The notes under the pieces are model-generated. The model saw nothing but the letters and a program-made list of their open reading frames with translations, ran no database searches and was not told the origin of the DNA. This document shows, one piece after another, positions 19,185 through 28,972 of a stretch of DNA of 64,000 nt. The position numbers and the translations under genes were made by a program. Each line of letters begins with the position of its first letter. The first letter of the stretch is position 1. The DNA comes from a bacterium. Its GTDB lineage: Bacteria; UBA8248; JACPRG01; G963555815. The stretch lies in contig CAUVWX020000002.1 of NCBI GenBank assembly GCA_963555815.3, positions 352,001 to 416,000 on the forward strand. Reading direction: 5' to 3'.

Positions 19185-20042
19185 TCAACTGCCTGGAGGT
19201 GTCACCTCCTGCTGGGGAACCCGGTCAATCTCACGGATGACTCCGTCCACAATCCTGATCATGACCCTCCTCATCGCTTTCCCATCCTCGATGTATCCGA
19301 AGGGCATGAGAGTGGCAGTCCCTGTGGGGGTCTCGAAGGATTGAAATTCCGTGCCCCAGAGGAATCCGTCGGCGAAGTACACGTTGCCGTGAGGAAATCG
19401 ATGGAAATATCCGCCCAGGTGATAGCGGAGTTCTCCGCCTGTCATTCCCACCCGAACGTTCTTGAGTCGCTCGTTCGCCCGCTCAAAGGCCTCGGGAGTG
19501 AGATGGACCTCCGCTATGTAGCCCCGGATGAGGTGATTTTCCTCCCCTCGTGAGATGTCGTCAGAGAAAAGGGCCGAAGGAAGACTGGGGGGAGGGAGAG
19601 CCCCCTCCCGGGGGATCTCTGCCCTTTGAAACTCAAGGACAACCTCGATCTTTCCGTTTTTCAGGACGACCAGTGCCTGTTCTTCCACCCGGCTGCCCTC
19701 ATGGTAACCGAAGGAATACTCCTCAATGAGCTCGCCCTCCCCCACCCGGTTGATGCGGCTGAGGTCCTGGAGCCAGCCATCTCCGCCCGAGAAAGCCGTA
19801 GACCACTCCTCGCTCGGAAGGGGGCGAAGTTGCATGGTCTGAATAAACTTGTTGCGGCTCATCCCAGGCTGCAACCGATTGATGCGCTCCCGAGCCAGAA
19901 GGAAGGCTCCAAACTCGGGATTCGGTTTGAGGCCCGGGGGTCGGCCTCCTCCCCCTGGGTCGATTCCAATCCCCGCCCGGTAGGCGCAACCCATCAGGAA
20001 AAGGCCAAGGAGTAAGAAAGAAAGGCTTTTCGGGATCTTCAC
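19185..20042 (-). CDS. Hypothetical lipoprotein with two internally repeated domains; last gene of the Tad operon
   Basis: GTG 20042 follows GGGAG; lipobox FLMGC. Repeats: RINRLQPGMS..DGWL..FGY.EG..VVLKNGKI and RLKNVRVGMT..DGFL..FGY.EDG..IRIVDGVI. Confidence 0.65.
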   Translation of the reverse strand: MKIPKSLSFLLLGLFLMGCAYRAGIGIDPGGGGRPPGLKPNPEFGAFLLARERINRLQPGMSRNKFIQTMQLRPLPSEEWSTAFSGGDGWLQDLSRINRVGEGELIEEYSFGYHEGSRVEEQALVVLKNGKIEVVLEFQRAEIPREGALPPPSLPSALFSDDISRGEENHLIRGYIAEVHLTPEAFERANERLKNVRVGMTGGELRYHLGGYFHRFPHGNVYFADGFLWGTEFQSFETPTGTATLMPFGYIEDGKAMRRVMIRIVDGVIREIDRVPQQEVTPPGS

Positions 20043-20056
20043 GTCAGCACTCCCAC

Positions 20057-21013
20057 TTATAGGACCAGGGGAAGAAATCTCGACGGCACCTGGCCTCGAT
20101 AGGTCACATATCGCGGATCGGAGCCAAGAAGCCTTTCCTCGGCCAAAGCTCGAAGGGGAAGCCCGAAGAACAATCCCCCCAGCACAACGAGGTTCCAAGG
20201 AGAGGGATTCACCAGCCCAAAGCCGAGGTAGAAGAGGAGCTCTCCTGTGTACATGGGGTGTCTTATCCAACGGTAAGGGCCGCGATGGACCAGCCCTCGG
20301 TCAGCGGGGGTTAGGCCAAAACTCCTCCCCAAACGGAAGAGAGAAGCCAGGACAAGAAGCAGGCCCAGGCCTTGAAAGAGATGGCCAGAGAGAAAGGGGA
20401 CCCCCGCCGAGGGTGCCCCTGCCCGAAGGCTCCACGGGATGACCAGAGTGGAAAGGGTAAGGGCCCAATCCGTCCCGAGCTTTGTCACCCGATGGGCCTC
20501 TCTTCGAAGGAGAAAGAGGAGGGAGGCGAGGGCGTTCACCAGAAAAACGCCCGCCCCGCCTAGCGTCGGAGAGGAGAGGAAATTGAGCAGATTCGCCGCG
20601 GCGAGGGCCGCAAAGAGGAGGAAAAGAGAAAGGTCGAGAGCCCAACGTCTTCCTTGGGAACGCCGGTCTGTGCCGGACCCCGTCTGCAAGTGGACCTGAT
20701 GGCCCACGCTGGTCCCTGTGGCTGCAATCCGCCCCGCCGGCAACTCCAGGGCCCGCTTGGCCCGCCAGGCCGCCTCCATCAAACGGTTTGGACGTATTCG
20801 CTCCGCCGCTCGCACCACCCGGCCTCCACCATCGAGGAAAAGGACGTCTATCGGAAACCGCATGCCCACGGTGTGGATGGCCCGGCAAGGCTCGAGGAGC
20901 ATGGCCTCACCCTCGGGAAGCGAGGATCTCCCAAGGAGTCCCCTGAGGCGCTCCAGAATAGTTTCCGCCTGAAGGACCCGATCGGCCAGCCTCTGGTCCG
21001 TTGAGACGTTCAC
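20057..21013 (-). CDS. Fusion of DUF192 and an isoprenylcysteine/phospholipid methyltransferase-like (ICMT/PEMT) membrane domain
   Basis: N-terminal RLRGLLGR...IHTVGMRFPIDVLFLD...LELPAG; C-terminal LGRSFG..PADRGLVHRGPYRWIRHPMYTG...EERLL..DPRY. Confidence 0.8.
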   Translation of the reverse strand: MNVSTDQRLADRVLQAETILERLRGLLGRSSLPEGEAMLLEPCRAIHTVGMRFPIDVLFLDGGGRVVRAAERIRPNRLMEAAWRAKRALELPAGRIAATGTSVGHQVHLQTGSGTDRRSQGRRWALDLSLFLLFAALAAANLLNFLSSPTLGGAGVFLVNALASLLFLLRREAHRVTKLGTDWALTLSTLVIPWSLRAGAPSAGVPFLSGHLFQGLGLLLVLASLFRLGRSFGLTPADRGLVHRGPYRWIRHPMYTGELLFYLGFGLVNPSPWNLVVLGGLFFGLPLRALAEERLLGSDPRYVTYRGQVPSRFLPLVL

Positions 21014-21033
21014 CGCCCCCTCTCCCAGGATTC

Positions 21034-21960
21034 TCAGAAGAGCCCCCCCATGACCTGAATGATAGCGGGTGCCAGGATGATGAGGAGCAGGGCGGGGAAA
21101 ATAAAGAGGACCAGAGGAAAGGCGATCTTCAGGGTGGTCTTCGCGGCCGCCTCCTCAGCCGCCAGCCTACGTTTTGTCCTCATGCTTTCCGAGAAGACCC
21201 GGAGCGAATCGGCCATGCTGATCCCGTAGCGGTCCGCCTGGATGAGCATGGCCGCGAAGGATTTTAGGTCTTCGACCCCGGAGCGGGCATACAGATTCCG
21301 CAGGGCATCCGCCCGGGATTTCCCCGTTCGAAGCTCTATGTCCATGATGTGGAGTTCCCGGCTGAAGACCGGATCCGAGTACTCCATCTCCTGTCCCACA
21401 CGCGCCATGGCTTGGTCCAGACCCTGGCCCGCCTCCACGCAGATGATGAGAAGGTCTATGCTGTCGGGCAGAGACTGCTCGATGGCCACCTGACGCTTCC
21501 GGATCCTTCGGCTCAGCCAGATGTTCGGCATCAGAAACCCCAGGAGACCCAGCATGATGGCAAACGTCATTCCCTGCCCCTTGGCGCCCGGACCGGCCAA
21601 GGCGAGGGAGGTGTAGAGGAAGAACAACGCCCCCCCTATGAAAAAGCGCGCGCCCATAAAGACCGGAGCGGACTCCGGCCCGTGGAACCCTGCCCAGGCC
21701 AATCGTTGGAGGAGCTTGGGGTCTTTGGGCCGAATGGGAAGAAATTTGATGAGCTCGAAGACAATGATCCGAAAGATCCGGAACATAGAGGCCTTGACCT
21801 TCAGTGTCGGTCGAGGGCCCTTCTGCTGAGACTTGGGATGTCCCGAGGCCTCAGCCAGCCGGACTTGAACCTGGCCCGGAGACTTCGAGAGGACGCTAAT
21901 AATCCCGAAGGCCATAAGGAAGGCAAAGCAAAAAAGAAGCAAGAAAATCCAGCCAGGCAT
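21034..21960 (-). CDS. tadC: Tad pilus platform protein TadC (T2SS F family)
   Basis: LPDSIDLLIICVEAGQGLDQA, QADRYG, AEEAAAK and FPLVLFIFP motifs. Confidence 0.9.
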   Translation of the reverse strand: MPGWIFLLLFCFAFLMAFGIISVLSKSPGQVQVRLAEASGHPKSQQKGPRPTLKVKASMFRIFRIIVFELIKFLPIRPKDPKLLQRLAWAGFHGPESAPVFMGARFFIGGALFFLYTSLALAGPGAKGQGMTFAIMLGLLGFLMPNIWLSRRIRKRQVAIEQSLPDSIDLLIICVEAGQGLDQAMARVGQEMEYSDPVFSRELHIMDIELRTGKSRADALRNLYARSGVEDLKSFAAMLIQADRYGISMADSLRVFSESMRTKRRLAAEEAAAKTTLKIAFPLVLFIFPALLLIILAPAIIQVMGGLF

Positions 21961-21967
21961 TTTTCCC

Positions 21968-22948
21968 TCAGTAGCGCACGTTTACGATCCGGCGGATCAC
22001 GAGGTAACCCATGAGCTGAAGAACAAAACCCCCGACTGCGAGCGTACGCCCCAGGGGCGTGTTCCACATGAGTGCCATGTAGACCGGGTTCAAGAAGGCG
22101 ATAAAACCTCCCACCCCCAACGGCATGACGCCCAGGACCATCCCGGTCATGCGCCCGGGGGCCGTCATCGCCTTCACCTGGCCCCGAATCTTAAAGCGCT
22201 CATGGATGAGAGCGTCCAGTTGGTGGAGGATGGTAGCCAGGTTCCCCCCGGTTTCTCGCTGGATCATGACCGAGGTGACGAAGAAGCGCAGATCCGGATT
22301 GTCCATCCGCCTCAACATATTCTTCAGGGCGTCGTCTATGCTGAGGCCAAGGCCGCTTTCCTGGGACACCTTCGCGAACTCCAGCCCCACCGGCGGCGGA
22401 AGCTCCTCACCGAGCATCTGGATGCCGGCCGGAAGGGCGTGCCCTGCCTTGAGGGAGGTCGCCAGCATCCGAAGGGCCTCCGGAAACTGTTTTTCAAAGC
22501 CCTTCTGCCGGTGACGTGTCTTGAACCTCAAGAAGAGGAAGGGCAGCATCACGCCGACAAGGATTCCCACAAAGAGGCCCAGCGCCGTTCCGGAAAATAG
22601 CAAGCCGAGGATTCCCCCGAAAACGGTAACTATGGCCGCGACCTGAGTAAATCGGCGCGGGCTCATCGTCATCCCGGCTTGCTCCAGCCAAAGCCCAAGG
22701 TTCCTGAGACGGGGGAAGCCGCGAAGGAGGAGGGTTAAATAGGGGCTTCCCTGGACAAACTCCTCCCGCAGAAGGGAGGCGGCCCCGGGTTTGTCAAGGG
22801 GATGTGGGGCCTCTCCCGTAATGCTGTCGAGCCGCATTTGAACCCGGGCCGCGTCCTTCCCCCCCCCAGGGCCGGAGGCAAGGAAGACGAGCCCTACGAG
22901 CAGGATGGTGACGCTGACGAATATGGCGAGGAGGAGGATGGGTGACAT
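21968..22948 (-). CDS. tadB: Tad pilus platform protein TadB
   Basis: QFPEAL..LKAGH, IQRETGGNLA and AMTAPGR motifs. Confidence 0.9.
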   Translation of the reverse strand: MSPILLLAIFVSVTILLVGLVFLASGPGGGKDAARVQMRLDSITGEAPHPLDKPGAASLLREEFVQGSPYLTLLLRGFPRLRNLGLWLEQAGMTMSPRRFTQVAAIVTVFGGILGLLFSGTALGLFVGILVGVMLPFLFLRFKTRHRQKGFEKQFPEALRMLATSLKAGHALPAGIQMLGEELPPPVGLEFAKVSQESGLGLSIDDALKNMLRRMDNPDLRFFVTSVMIQRETGGNLATILHQLDALIHERFKIRGQVKAMTAPGRMTGMVLGVMPLGVGGFIAFLNPVYMALMWNTPLGRTLAVGGFVLQLMGYLVIRRIVNVRY

Positions 22949-22950
22949 AA

Positions 22951-24312
22951 TCAGGACCCCTCAGGCCCTATCGGTACTTCAAAGAAGCCCTCGCGGATGT
23001 TAATCCCGTGTGCCCGGAAGCGTTCCAGGAATTTTGGGCGGATGCCTGTCGGGAGGTGCCGGCCCCTGACCGCGCCCTCTGGCGTCATCCCCTCCTGCTG
23101 GAAGAGGAAAATGTCCTGCATGGTGACCATTTCGCCCTCCATCCCGGTGAGCTCGGTGATGGCGGTAATCTTGCGGCTCCCGTCGTTCAGACGCGCGATT
23201 TGAATCACCACGTCGATGGCCGATGTGATCTGTTGGCGAAGGGCTTTAAGGGGCACGTCGAGGCCCGCCATGGCGACCATGACCTCGAGGCGGCTCAGGG
23301 CGTCCCGGGGCGTGTTGGCGTGGACCGTCAAAATGGAGCCGTCGTGGCCCGTGTTCATGGCCTGGAGCATGTCGAGGGTCTCCCCCCCCCTCACCTCTCC
23401 CACCACAATCCGGTCCGGTCGCATACGGAGGCAGTTTCGGACAAGGTCCCGGGTCGTGACGGCCCCCTGCCCCTCCACGTTGGGAGGACGGCTCTCAAGG
23501 GTGATTACATGCTCCTGCTGGAGCTGAAGTTCAGCGGAATCTTCGATGGTGACAATACGCTCGTCGGCCGGGATGAAGCGCGAGAGGACATTGAGGAGGG
23601 TCGTCTTCCCGGAGCCTGTCCCGCCGGAGACGAGGAGATTCAAGCGGGCATTCACGCACCCCTTCAAAAGCTCTACCATGGGTTCCGATAAAGTTCGAAG
23701 GGACAGCAGATCCTCCACCTCGAGCCTCTTCTTCGGAAAGAGCCGGATGGTCAGAGAAGGACCCTTCAACGCGAGAGGGGGAATGACCGCATTCACTCGG
23801 GAGCCGTCCAACAGGCGGGCATCCACCATGGGAGAGGATTCGTCGACCCGTCTCCCCACCCGCGAGACGATCCTTTCGATGATCTTCAACAGATGGTCGT
23901 TGTCCTTGAAGATCGTGTCCGTGAGGACGATCTTCCCATGACGGGCGACGTAGACCTGCTTGGCGCCGTTGACCATGATCTCCTCTACGGCCGGATCGTT
24001 CAGGAGGGGCTCGATGGGTCCAAGGCCGAAGATATCATCCAGGATCTCATCTACAATCTTCCCCTCCTCGCCCCCATTCGCCCCGGGCCTGAGCTCCTGC
24101 AGGATCTTGGCCACCTCCTGGCGGAATTCCCCCTCCAGCTTCTCCCGTTCCACGGAGATGAGCTTTAAGAGGTCCAGGCGCTCGATGAGGATGCGGTGAA
24201 CCTTCACCTTAAGCTCAAAGGAGTCCCGGCGCTTTACCTCTGGCGTGGTCTCGGTGGCGGGAGACGCAGCCCCTTCGCTGCCCGGTTGTTTTAGCCTGTC
24301 CCCCAAACGCAT
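22951..24312 (-). CDS. cpaF: Tad pilus ATPase CpaF/TadA
   Basis: [33 protein letters not shown] and AMNTGHDGS motifs. Confidence 0.95.
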   Translation of the reverse strand: MRLGDRLKQPGSEGAASPATETTPEVKRRDSFELKVKVHRILIERLDLLKLISVEREKLEGEFRQEVAKILQELRPGANGGEEGKIVDEILDDIFGLGPIEPLLNDPAVEEIMVNGAKQVYVARHGKIVLTDTIFKDNDHLLKIIERIVSRVGRRVDESSPMVDARLLDGSRVNAVIPPLALKGPSLTIRLFPKKRLEVEDLLSLRTLSEPMVELLKGCVNARLNLLVSGGTGSGKTTLLNVLSRFIPADERIVTIEDSAELQLQQEHVITLESRPPNVEGQGAVTTRDLVRNCLRMRPDRIVVGEVRGGETLDMLQAMNTGHDGSILTVHANTPRDALSRLEVMVAMAGLDVPLKALRQQITSAIDVVIQIARLNDGSRKITAITELTGMEGEMVTMQDIFLFQQEGMTPEGAVRGRHLPTGIRPKFLERFRAHGINIREGFFEVPIGPEGS

Positions 24313-24343
24313 GCCCTTCCCTCCCACTTCTTCAAACGGAAGT

Positions 24344-25525
24344 TTAGAAGAATCCGAACTTGCGCTTCCGCTTTGGCTTTTCCTCGTCCGTCAACGTCAG
24401 CATTTTACCAAGGTTGAGGAGCCCTTGGGTTATCTCCGCACGCGGTGCGCACTCCCACAAGGAGAGCCCCCGGTTGGACGCTTTTGTGACCTCTCGATAG
24501 TCCTCCGGAAGACTTATGAACACCGGAAGGTCTAAGGCCTTCTTGATGTCCTCTGTGCCCACATCGTCGTCACGGCCTTTGCGGTTGACGACGACGAGAA
24601 GTCTCTTCTCATAGCCGAGGCTCCGGAAAACCTCTACGGTGCGCTTGGTGTCCATAATGGATGACAGGTAAGGCAGGGTCACCAGCAGGATCGCATCCGC
24701 TGAATCGAGGGCCCGCAAGGTGACGGGCGAAAAATTGTGAGGAGCATCGATGAGGACAAAATCAAAAAGAGTCCGCATCGCCCTGATCACCCCATCGACC
24801 CCCTCCTCGGACACCCTTTCGGCTTGGGCGATCTGCTGGGGCCGCGCCAGAACCTGGGCCCCTGAGACGTGGGTGAGAAGGGCCCGCTTGATATCGTCCG
24901 GCCCCGCGGGATGTGCCCCGTCGGCCAGGTCAGCAACGGTCAAGGAGGGGGAGAGATTCATGAGAAAAGAGGCATCTCCCATCTCCAGGTCCAGATCAAT
25001 GAGAGCGACCTTCTTCTCGCGGTCCTTGGCCAGGATGATGCCGAGGTTCACGGCGAGGGTGGTCAACCCGCACCCCCCCTTTGCGCTGAAAAGTGTCACC
25101 ACGCGGCCGGAGGAACGCCGCACCCCCCCTCGCCCTTGCTCCACTCGGAAGAGGGCCTCCCTGAGCTCGCCCTCGTCAAGGGGGAGCTTGACGAAGTCTC
25201 GGACGCCGGAGCGTACGGCTCGCAGGAGCCAGTCCCCCCCCGCCTCCTTGGCCTTCTCACTGGCGCCGAGGAGGGCGGTTCCAGGAGAGAAACGAGTGAT
25301 CTCCGCTGCGGCCTCGAGGGCCTTCTCCCAATTCGCGTCCAGATCCAGGAGGGCGGCGGCAGGGTTTTGCTGGGCAACCCAGGTGGAACACCCTTCCCAG
25401 CGTGAAAAGTTTCCAGAAAAACTCCACTCAGAAAGGGCCTCTAGATGCTTCTCCAGCCCTTCGGAGAGCCTTCCCTCCGGGTCGATGGTCACAATCGCTA
25501 AGGCCGTTCGCTCCTCTTCCGCCAT
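24344..25525 (-). CDS. cpaE: Tad localisation protein CpaE/TadZ (receiver-like domain plus MinD-like ATPase)
   Basis: N-terminal receiver-like domain, deviant Walker A KGGCGLTT, IDLDL. Confidence 0.88.
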   Translation of the reverse strand: MAEEERTALAIVTIDPEGRLSEGLEKHLEALSEWSFSGNFSRWEGCSTWVAQQNPAAALLDLDANWEKALEAAAEITRFSPGTALLGASEKAKEAGGDWLLRAVRSGVRDFVKLPLDEGELREALFRVEQGRGGVRRSSGRVVTLFSAKGGCGLTTLAVNLGIILAKDREKKVALIDLDLEMGDASFLMNLSPSLTVADLADGAHPAGPDDIKRALLTHVSGAQVLARPQQIAQAERVSEEGVDGVIRAMRTLFDFVLIDAPHNFSPVTLRALDSADAILLVTLPYLSSIMDTKRTVEVFRSLGYEKRLLVVVNRKGRDDDVGTEDIKKALDLPVFISLPEDYREVTKASNRGLSLWECAPRAEITQGLLNLGKMLTLTDEEKPKRKRKFGFF

Positions 25526-25542
25526 CTTCCCCTTCCCGTGCG

Positions 25543-26520
25543 CTACTGGCTCAGCCGGACCGCCCCCACCGAGTTAACGCCATACCCCCCGCCGTTAGTG
25601 CGAAATTCGGTGGTATCGGTCACGAACCGAATGATCTCAAAGGTGGTGGTGTCTGTGTTGCCCTGCCTTTGGAAATTGGTGATGCGAACCCTGATAAAAT
25701 CGTATACCTCGAGTTCGAGGCCGTTGCCGATAGGCCTGACGCCCAGCAAGGTCATCTCATCGCGTCCTTCTGCAAGACGGTTTTCCATGCCGCCCTGCCA
25801 ACCATTTCGGTTTCCCCGAAGGGCCCCGACCACATCGCCGATGGCGATGGCAAACTCCTCAAAGCCGTTGTAGACCTCATTCCGAAAGACCGCGTTGCTA
25901 TCCGACGCCTGCGTGAAGGTAACACCTTGAAAGAAGACCTCGTCGTCGGCGATAGGGTTCCCACAGCTATTGCCATTCGCGCCAGCCTGAAAGAAATTCC
26001 CGCAGTAGCGCCGAACCGTATAGGTGTCCCCTACGCTGAGATTATCGTTACAGTCCTCACCGGCGTCATCATCATTGCAATAGATGGCCAGGGGGACCGG
26101 CGCATCCGGCAGAACCGTGATGGGATCGAGACTGGCGGAGGCGACAGCGCTCACGACGGCGCTGGATATTCCGACGACCCCCCCGAAGAAAAGGTTCACG
26201 GTCGGGTCGCTGACGGTCACTTGAATCGACGTAGTCGTCGGGAAGTTGACCGCGACGGTGGCGGTGGCGAGGTTCCCTGTGAGGTTCTGGGTGGCGAAAT
26301 TGTTGGCGCGGCTACTGGCCTCCGCAGTGTCCACCTCGAACCCCGAGGCTCCCGCCAAGACGGCCGCGTCCGCGGCTCGCTGGAGGGAGGTTCGGATCGA
26401 GTAGAGGTATCCCACGTCGATGGCCAGGGCGGACATCCCCATGAGGGCCACCATGAACAGGGCATAGATGACGAGGGTCTGTCCCTCCTTTCTCGCCCAA
26501 AATCTTTTCATCCTACTCAT
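25543..26520 (-). CDS. TadG-like pseudopilin/tip protein
   Basis: EGQTLVIYAL, AIDVG..Y...LQRAADAAVLAGA; Cys/Asp/Asn-rich C-terminal domain. Confidence 0.82.
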   Translation of the reverse strand: MSRMKRFWARKEGQTLVIYALFMVALMGMSALAIDVGYLYSIRTSLQRAADAAVLAGASGFEVDTAEASSRANNFATQNLTGNLATATVAVNFPTTTSIQVTVSDPTVNLFFGGVVGISSAVVSAVASASLDPITVLPDAPVPLAIYCNDDDAGEDCNDNLSVGDTYTVRRYCGNFFQAGANGNSCGNPIADDEVFFQGVTFTQASDSNAVFRNEVYNGFEEFAIAIGDVVGALRGNRNGWQGGMENRLAEGRDEMTLLGVRPIGNGLELEVYDFIRVRITNFQRQGNTDTTTFEIIRFVTDTTEFRTNGGGYGVNSVGAVRLSQ

Positions 26521-26526
26521 GTCTCC

Positions 26527-27882
26527 CTACATCTCCCGGCCAAGGCTAGCACCCCTCGCAACGGGTAGGGGCTCATCGGGCGGGGCCTCCTCTACCAGCT
26601 CCGGCGTGATAAGGACCAGAAGCTCGGACTCCTCGTTGGTAAATCGCTCGCTCGTGAAGAGTTGACCGAGCATGGGGATATCCGACACATAAGGGAGCTT
26701 TCCGAGGCTTTTCACCGAGCGGTTGCGGATGAATCCCGCCATTGCAAAGGTCTCCCCGCTTGCCAGCTCGAGCGTGGTCTCAGCGCGACGCTTGGTCAGG
26801 GAGGGGACGCTGAACCCTCCCACTGAGACGGCCTTCGCGAAATCAAGCTCGCTCACTTCCGGGGCCAATTTGAGCGAAATCCGGCCGTTTTCGAGGACCG
26901 TGGGCGTGAAGTCGAGGCGGACCCCGAAGGGCTTGAACTCGATGGTCACGGCGCCTGTCCCGCCCCCCTGAGGGACGGGGACAGGGAATTCACCCCCCGC
27001 GAGGAAACTCGCCTTCTCGCCGCTCATGGCGACGAGACGGGGCTCGGCCAGGGTCTTGAGATCCCCCCTCGTTTCAAGGGCGCGAATGAGCAGGGCGAGG
27101 TCCCTCGCCGAGTTCGCCACAAAGAGATTCACCAGGCTTGAAACGCTGAAATCAGGCCCGAGGGGGGTGTCGTTAGGAGGAACCCGGAAGTTCCCAAAAG
27201 GAGTCGCGGGGGCGTTCCCGGGGAAGACACCGATCTCGGGCAACGACCCCCCTCTGCTGAAGCCGAGGAAGCTAAAGCCCAGTTCTCGAAGCCCTGTCCG
27301 CGACACCTCGGCGAACTGCACCTTGAGGGAAACCTGTTTCGGGGGGGCCTCGACCTTGAGAAGGTTGACGACCTTTTTCGGGGCGAAGGATTCCGCGATC
27401 TGACCCACTGTGTCTTTCACCGTGGCGTGTTCCGTCACCCCGGAGATGACCAGGGTGTCTTTAATCGCCTGAATGGAGATTTCCTCCTCCGGGTAGAGGT
27501 CCTTTATCCCCTGGTTCAGGGTCTCCGCATCGGCCTGAACCACGACGTTGAAGAGGAAGTTCGCTCCGGCTTCGTTCCAGAGGATGAGGTTCGTGACGCC
27601 GGGGGCCTTTCCGCTGAGGAGAAACTGGTCGTTGGAAATCGTAACGACATCGGCCACACCAGGCTCTGCCACGGAAATCCGCTGGATCACGTAAGGGACG
27701 CTAATGATGATGGATTTGCCGAGCGTCACCCGGAGTCCGGTGACACCACTGCTTACCTCGAAGGGGGAACCTGGCGGCCCGGGGGCCTCTTCCTGCGAAA
27801 AGGCCTGCCCGCTGAGCCCAAAAAGTAGGAGAAGGGCCACAAACATCGGTGCTTTCACTGCCACCCCCTTCCATCGCTTCAT
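26527..27882 (-). CDS. cpaC: Tad secretin CpaC/RcpA
   Basis: Signal peptide, pilus-formation N domain, QVSLKVQFAEV, LAEPRLVAMSGEKASFLAGGEFPVP, PEVSELD and ELLVLITP motifs. Confidence 0.93.
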   Translation of the reverse strand: MKRWKGVAVKAPMFVALLLLFGLSGQAFSQEEAPGPPGSPFEVSSGVTGLRVTLGKSIIISVPYVIQRISVAEPGVADVVTISNDQFLLSGKAPGVTNLILWNEAGANFLFNVVVQADAETLNQGIKDLYPEEEISIQAIKDTLVISGVTEHATVKDTVGQIAESFAPKKVVNLLKVEAPPKQVSLKVQFAEVSRTGLRELGFSFLGFSRGGSLPEIGVFPGNAPATPFGNFRVPPNDTPLGPDFSVSSLVNLFVANSARDLALLIRALETRGDLKTLAEPRLVAMSGEKASFLAGGEFPVPVPQGGGTGAVTIEFKPFGVRLDFTPTVLENGRISLKLAPEVSELDFAKAVSVGGFSVPSLTKRRAETTLELASGETFAMAGFIRNRSVKSLGKLPYVSDIPMLGQLFTSERFTNEESELLVLITPELVEEAPPDEPLPVARGASLGREM

Positions 27883-28946
27883 CCCCCCCCCCCCTCTATT
27901 GTCTTCTTGAGTGACTCGAGCACTGTTTCGATAGTCCGCTCCGCCCCCCGGATGACTTCGATCTCCAGAGGTGGCGGCTTCGGAGCCGTCTTAGGCCGCG
28001 GCGCGGCTGGCGTCGTTCTCCCCCGGATCAGCCGAGTAGCAGTGATCCCTCGGGTTCTGGTGCTTGTCACGTCCTGGTCATTGCGAAGCGCGAGACGGAT
28101 GGCCCCTTTGGTCGACCCAAGCGTCAGGCCTTCGGCCTCTTCCGGGCTAACCAGCAGCGTTACAATGGAGACCTTTCTCTCCCCGCCGTCGCTCGTCTCC
28201 GTTCTCTCTCCAATGGTCAGGACCGTGACGTTTTGGAGGATCGTCTTGCTCACGGTCCTCGGTGGGCCGTCGCGTTGAGGGACCTCCATGGTGGCGAGGA
28301 CATCCACCCGGCTCCCGGGAGATAGAAACCCAGCCACCCCGATGACCTCATCCATCTGGACCGTGACCGCTCGCATTCCTTCCGGGATGCGAGGAGCTAG
28401 ACCCGGGGCCGAGACGAGGTTGACCACCTTTTTCGGAGCGAAGGATTCGGCGATGCGTCCCACTGTCTCCCGGACGTCGGCCCGGTTCGTCACCCCGGAG
28501 ATCACCAGATTGTCTCTAATAGCTTGAACCGAGAGTCTCTCCTCGGGGTAAAGCTCCTTCAGGCCCTGGGCCAGGGCCTCTGCGTCGGCCTGAACTAAGA
28601 TGTTGTAGACAAATCTCTGGTCCCCCTCATCCCAGAGAATCAGGTTCGTGACCCCCGGTGTTTTCCCGCTCAGGATAAATTCCTGACGAGAGATCGTGGC
28701 AATGTCAGCCACGTCCGGCTCCGCCACAGACATCCGCCCGATGGTATAGGGAACAGAAAGGAGGAGGGATTTTCCGACCGTGAGGGTAAAGTCCGTGGAG
28801 ACGGAGCTCGCCTCAAGGAGGGCGGTTGGGTGCAGTGGCCGCTCAGCTTCCTCTTGCGCTGACGCTTCCCATCCCAACCCAAACAGGAAAATGAGTCCAA
28901 AAACCCAATAAAGAATTCGTCTTTCCGGCCCCTTTAGCTTTGCCAT
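27879..28946 (-). CDS. Chimeric Tad protein: CpaC N-terminal periplasmic domains fused to the CpaB/RcpC C-terminal domain
   Basis: The N half aligns without gaps to neighbouring CpaC (GKS...IAESFAPKKVVNL). The C half aligns to neighbouring CpaB (PGLAPRIPEGMRA...GVAGFL.PGSRVDVL...VTLLV...LALRN). Junction at about 28410-28418. Confidence 0.85.
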   Translation of the reverse strand: MAKLKGPERRILYWVFGLIFLFGLGWEASAQEEAERPLHPTALLEASSVSTDFTLTVGKSLLLSVPYTIGRMSVAEPDVADIATISRQEFILSGKTPGVTNLILWDEGDQRFVYNILVQADAEALAQGLKELYPEERLSVQAIRDNLVISGVTNRADVRETVGRIAESFAPKKVVNLVSAPGLAPRIPEGMRAVTVQMDEVIGVAGFLSPGSRVDVLATMEVPQRDGPPRTVSKTILQNVTVLTIGERTETSDGGERKVSIVTLLVSPEEAEGLTLGSTKGAIRLALRNDQDVTSTRTRGITATRLIRGRTTPAAPRPKTAPKPPPLEIEVIRGAERTIETVLESLKKTIEGGGG

Positions 28947-28972
28947 TATTCCGCCTCTCTCCCCTCATCCGG

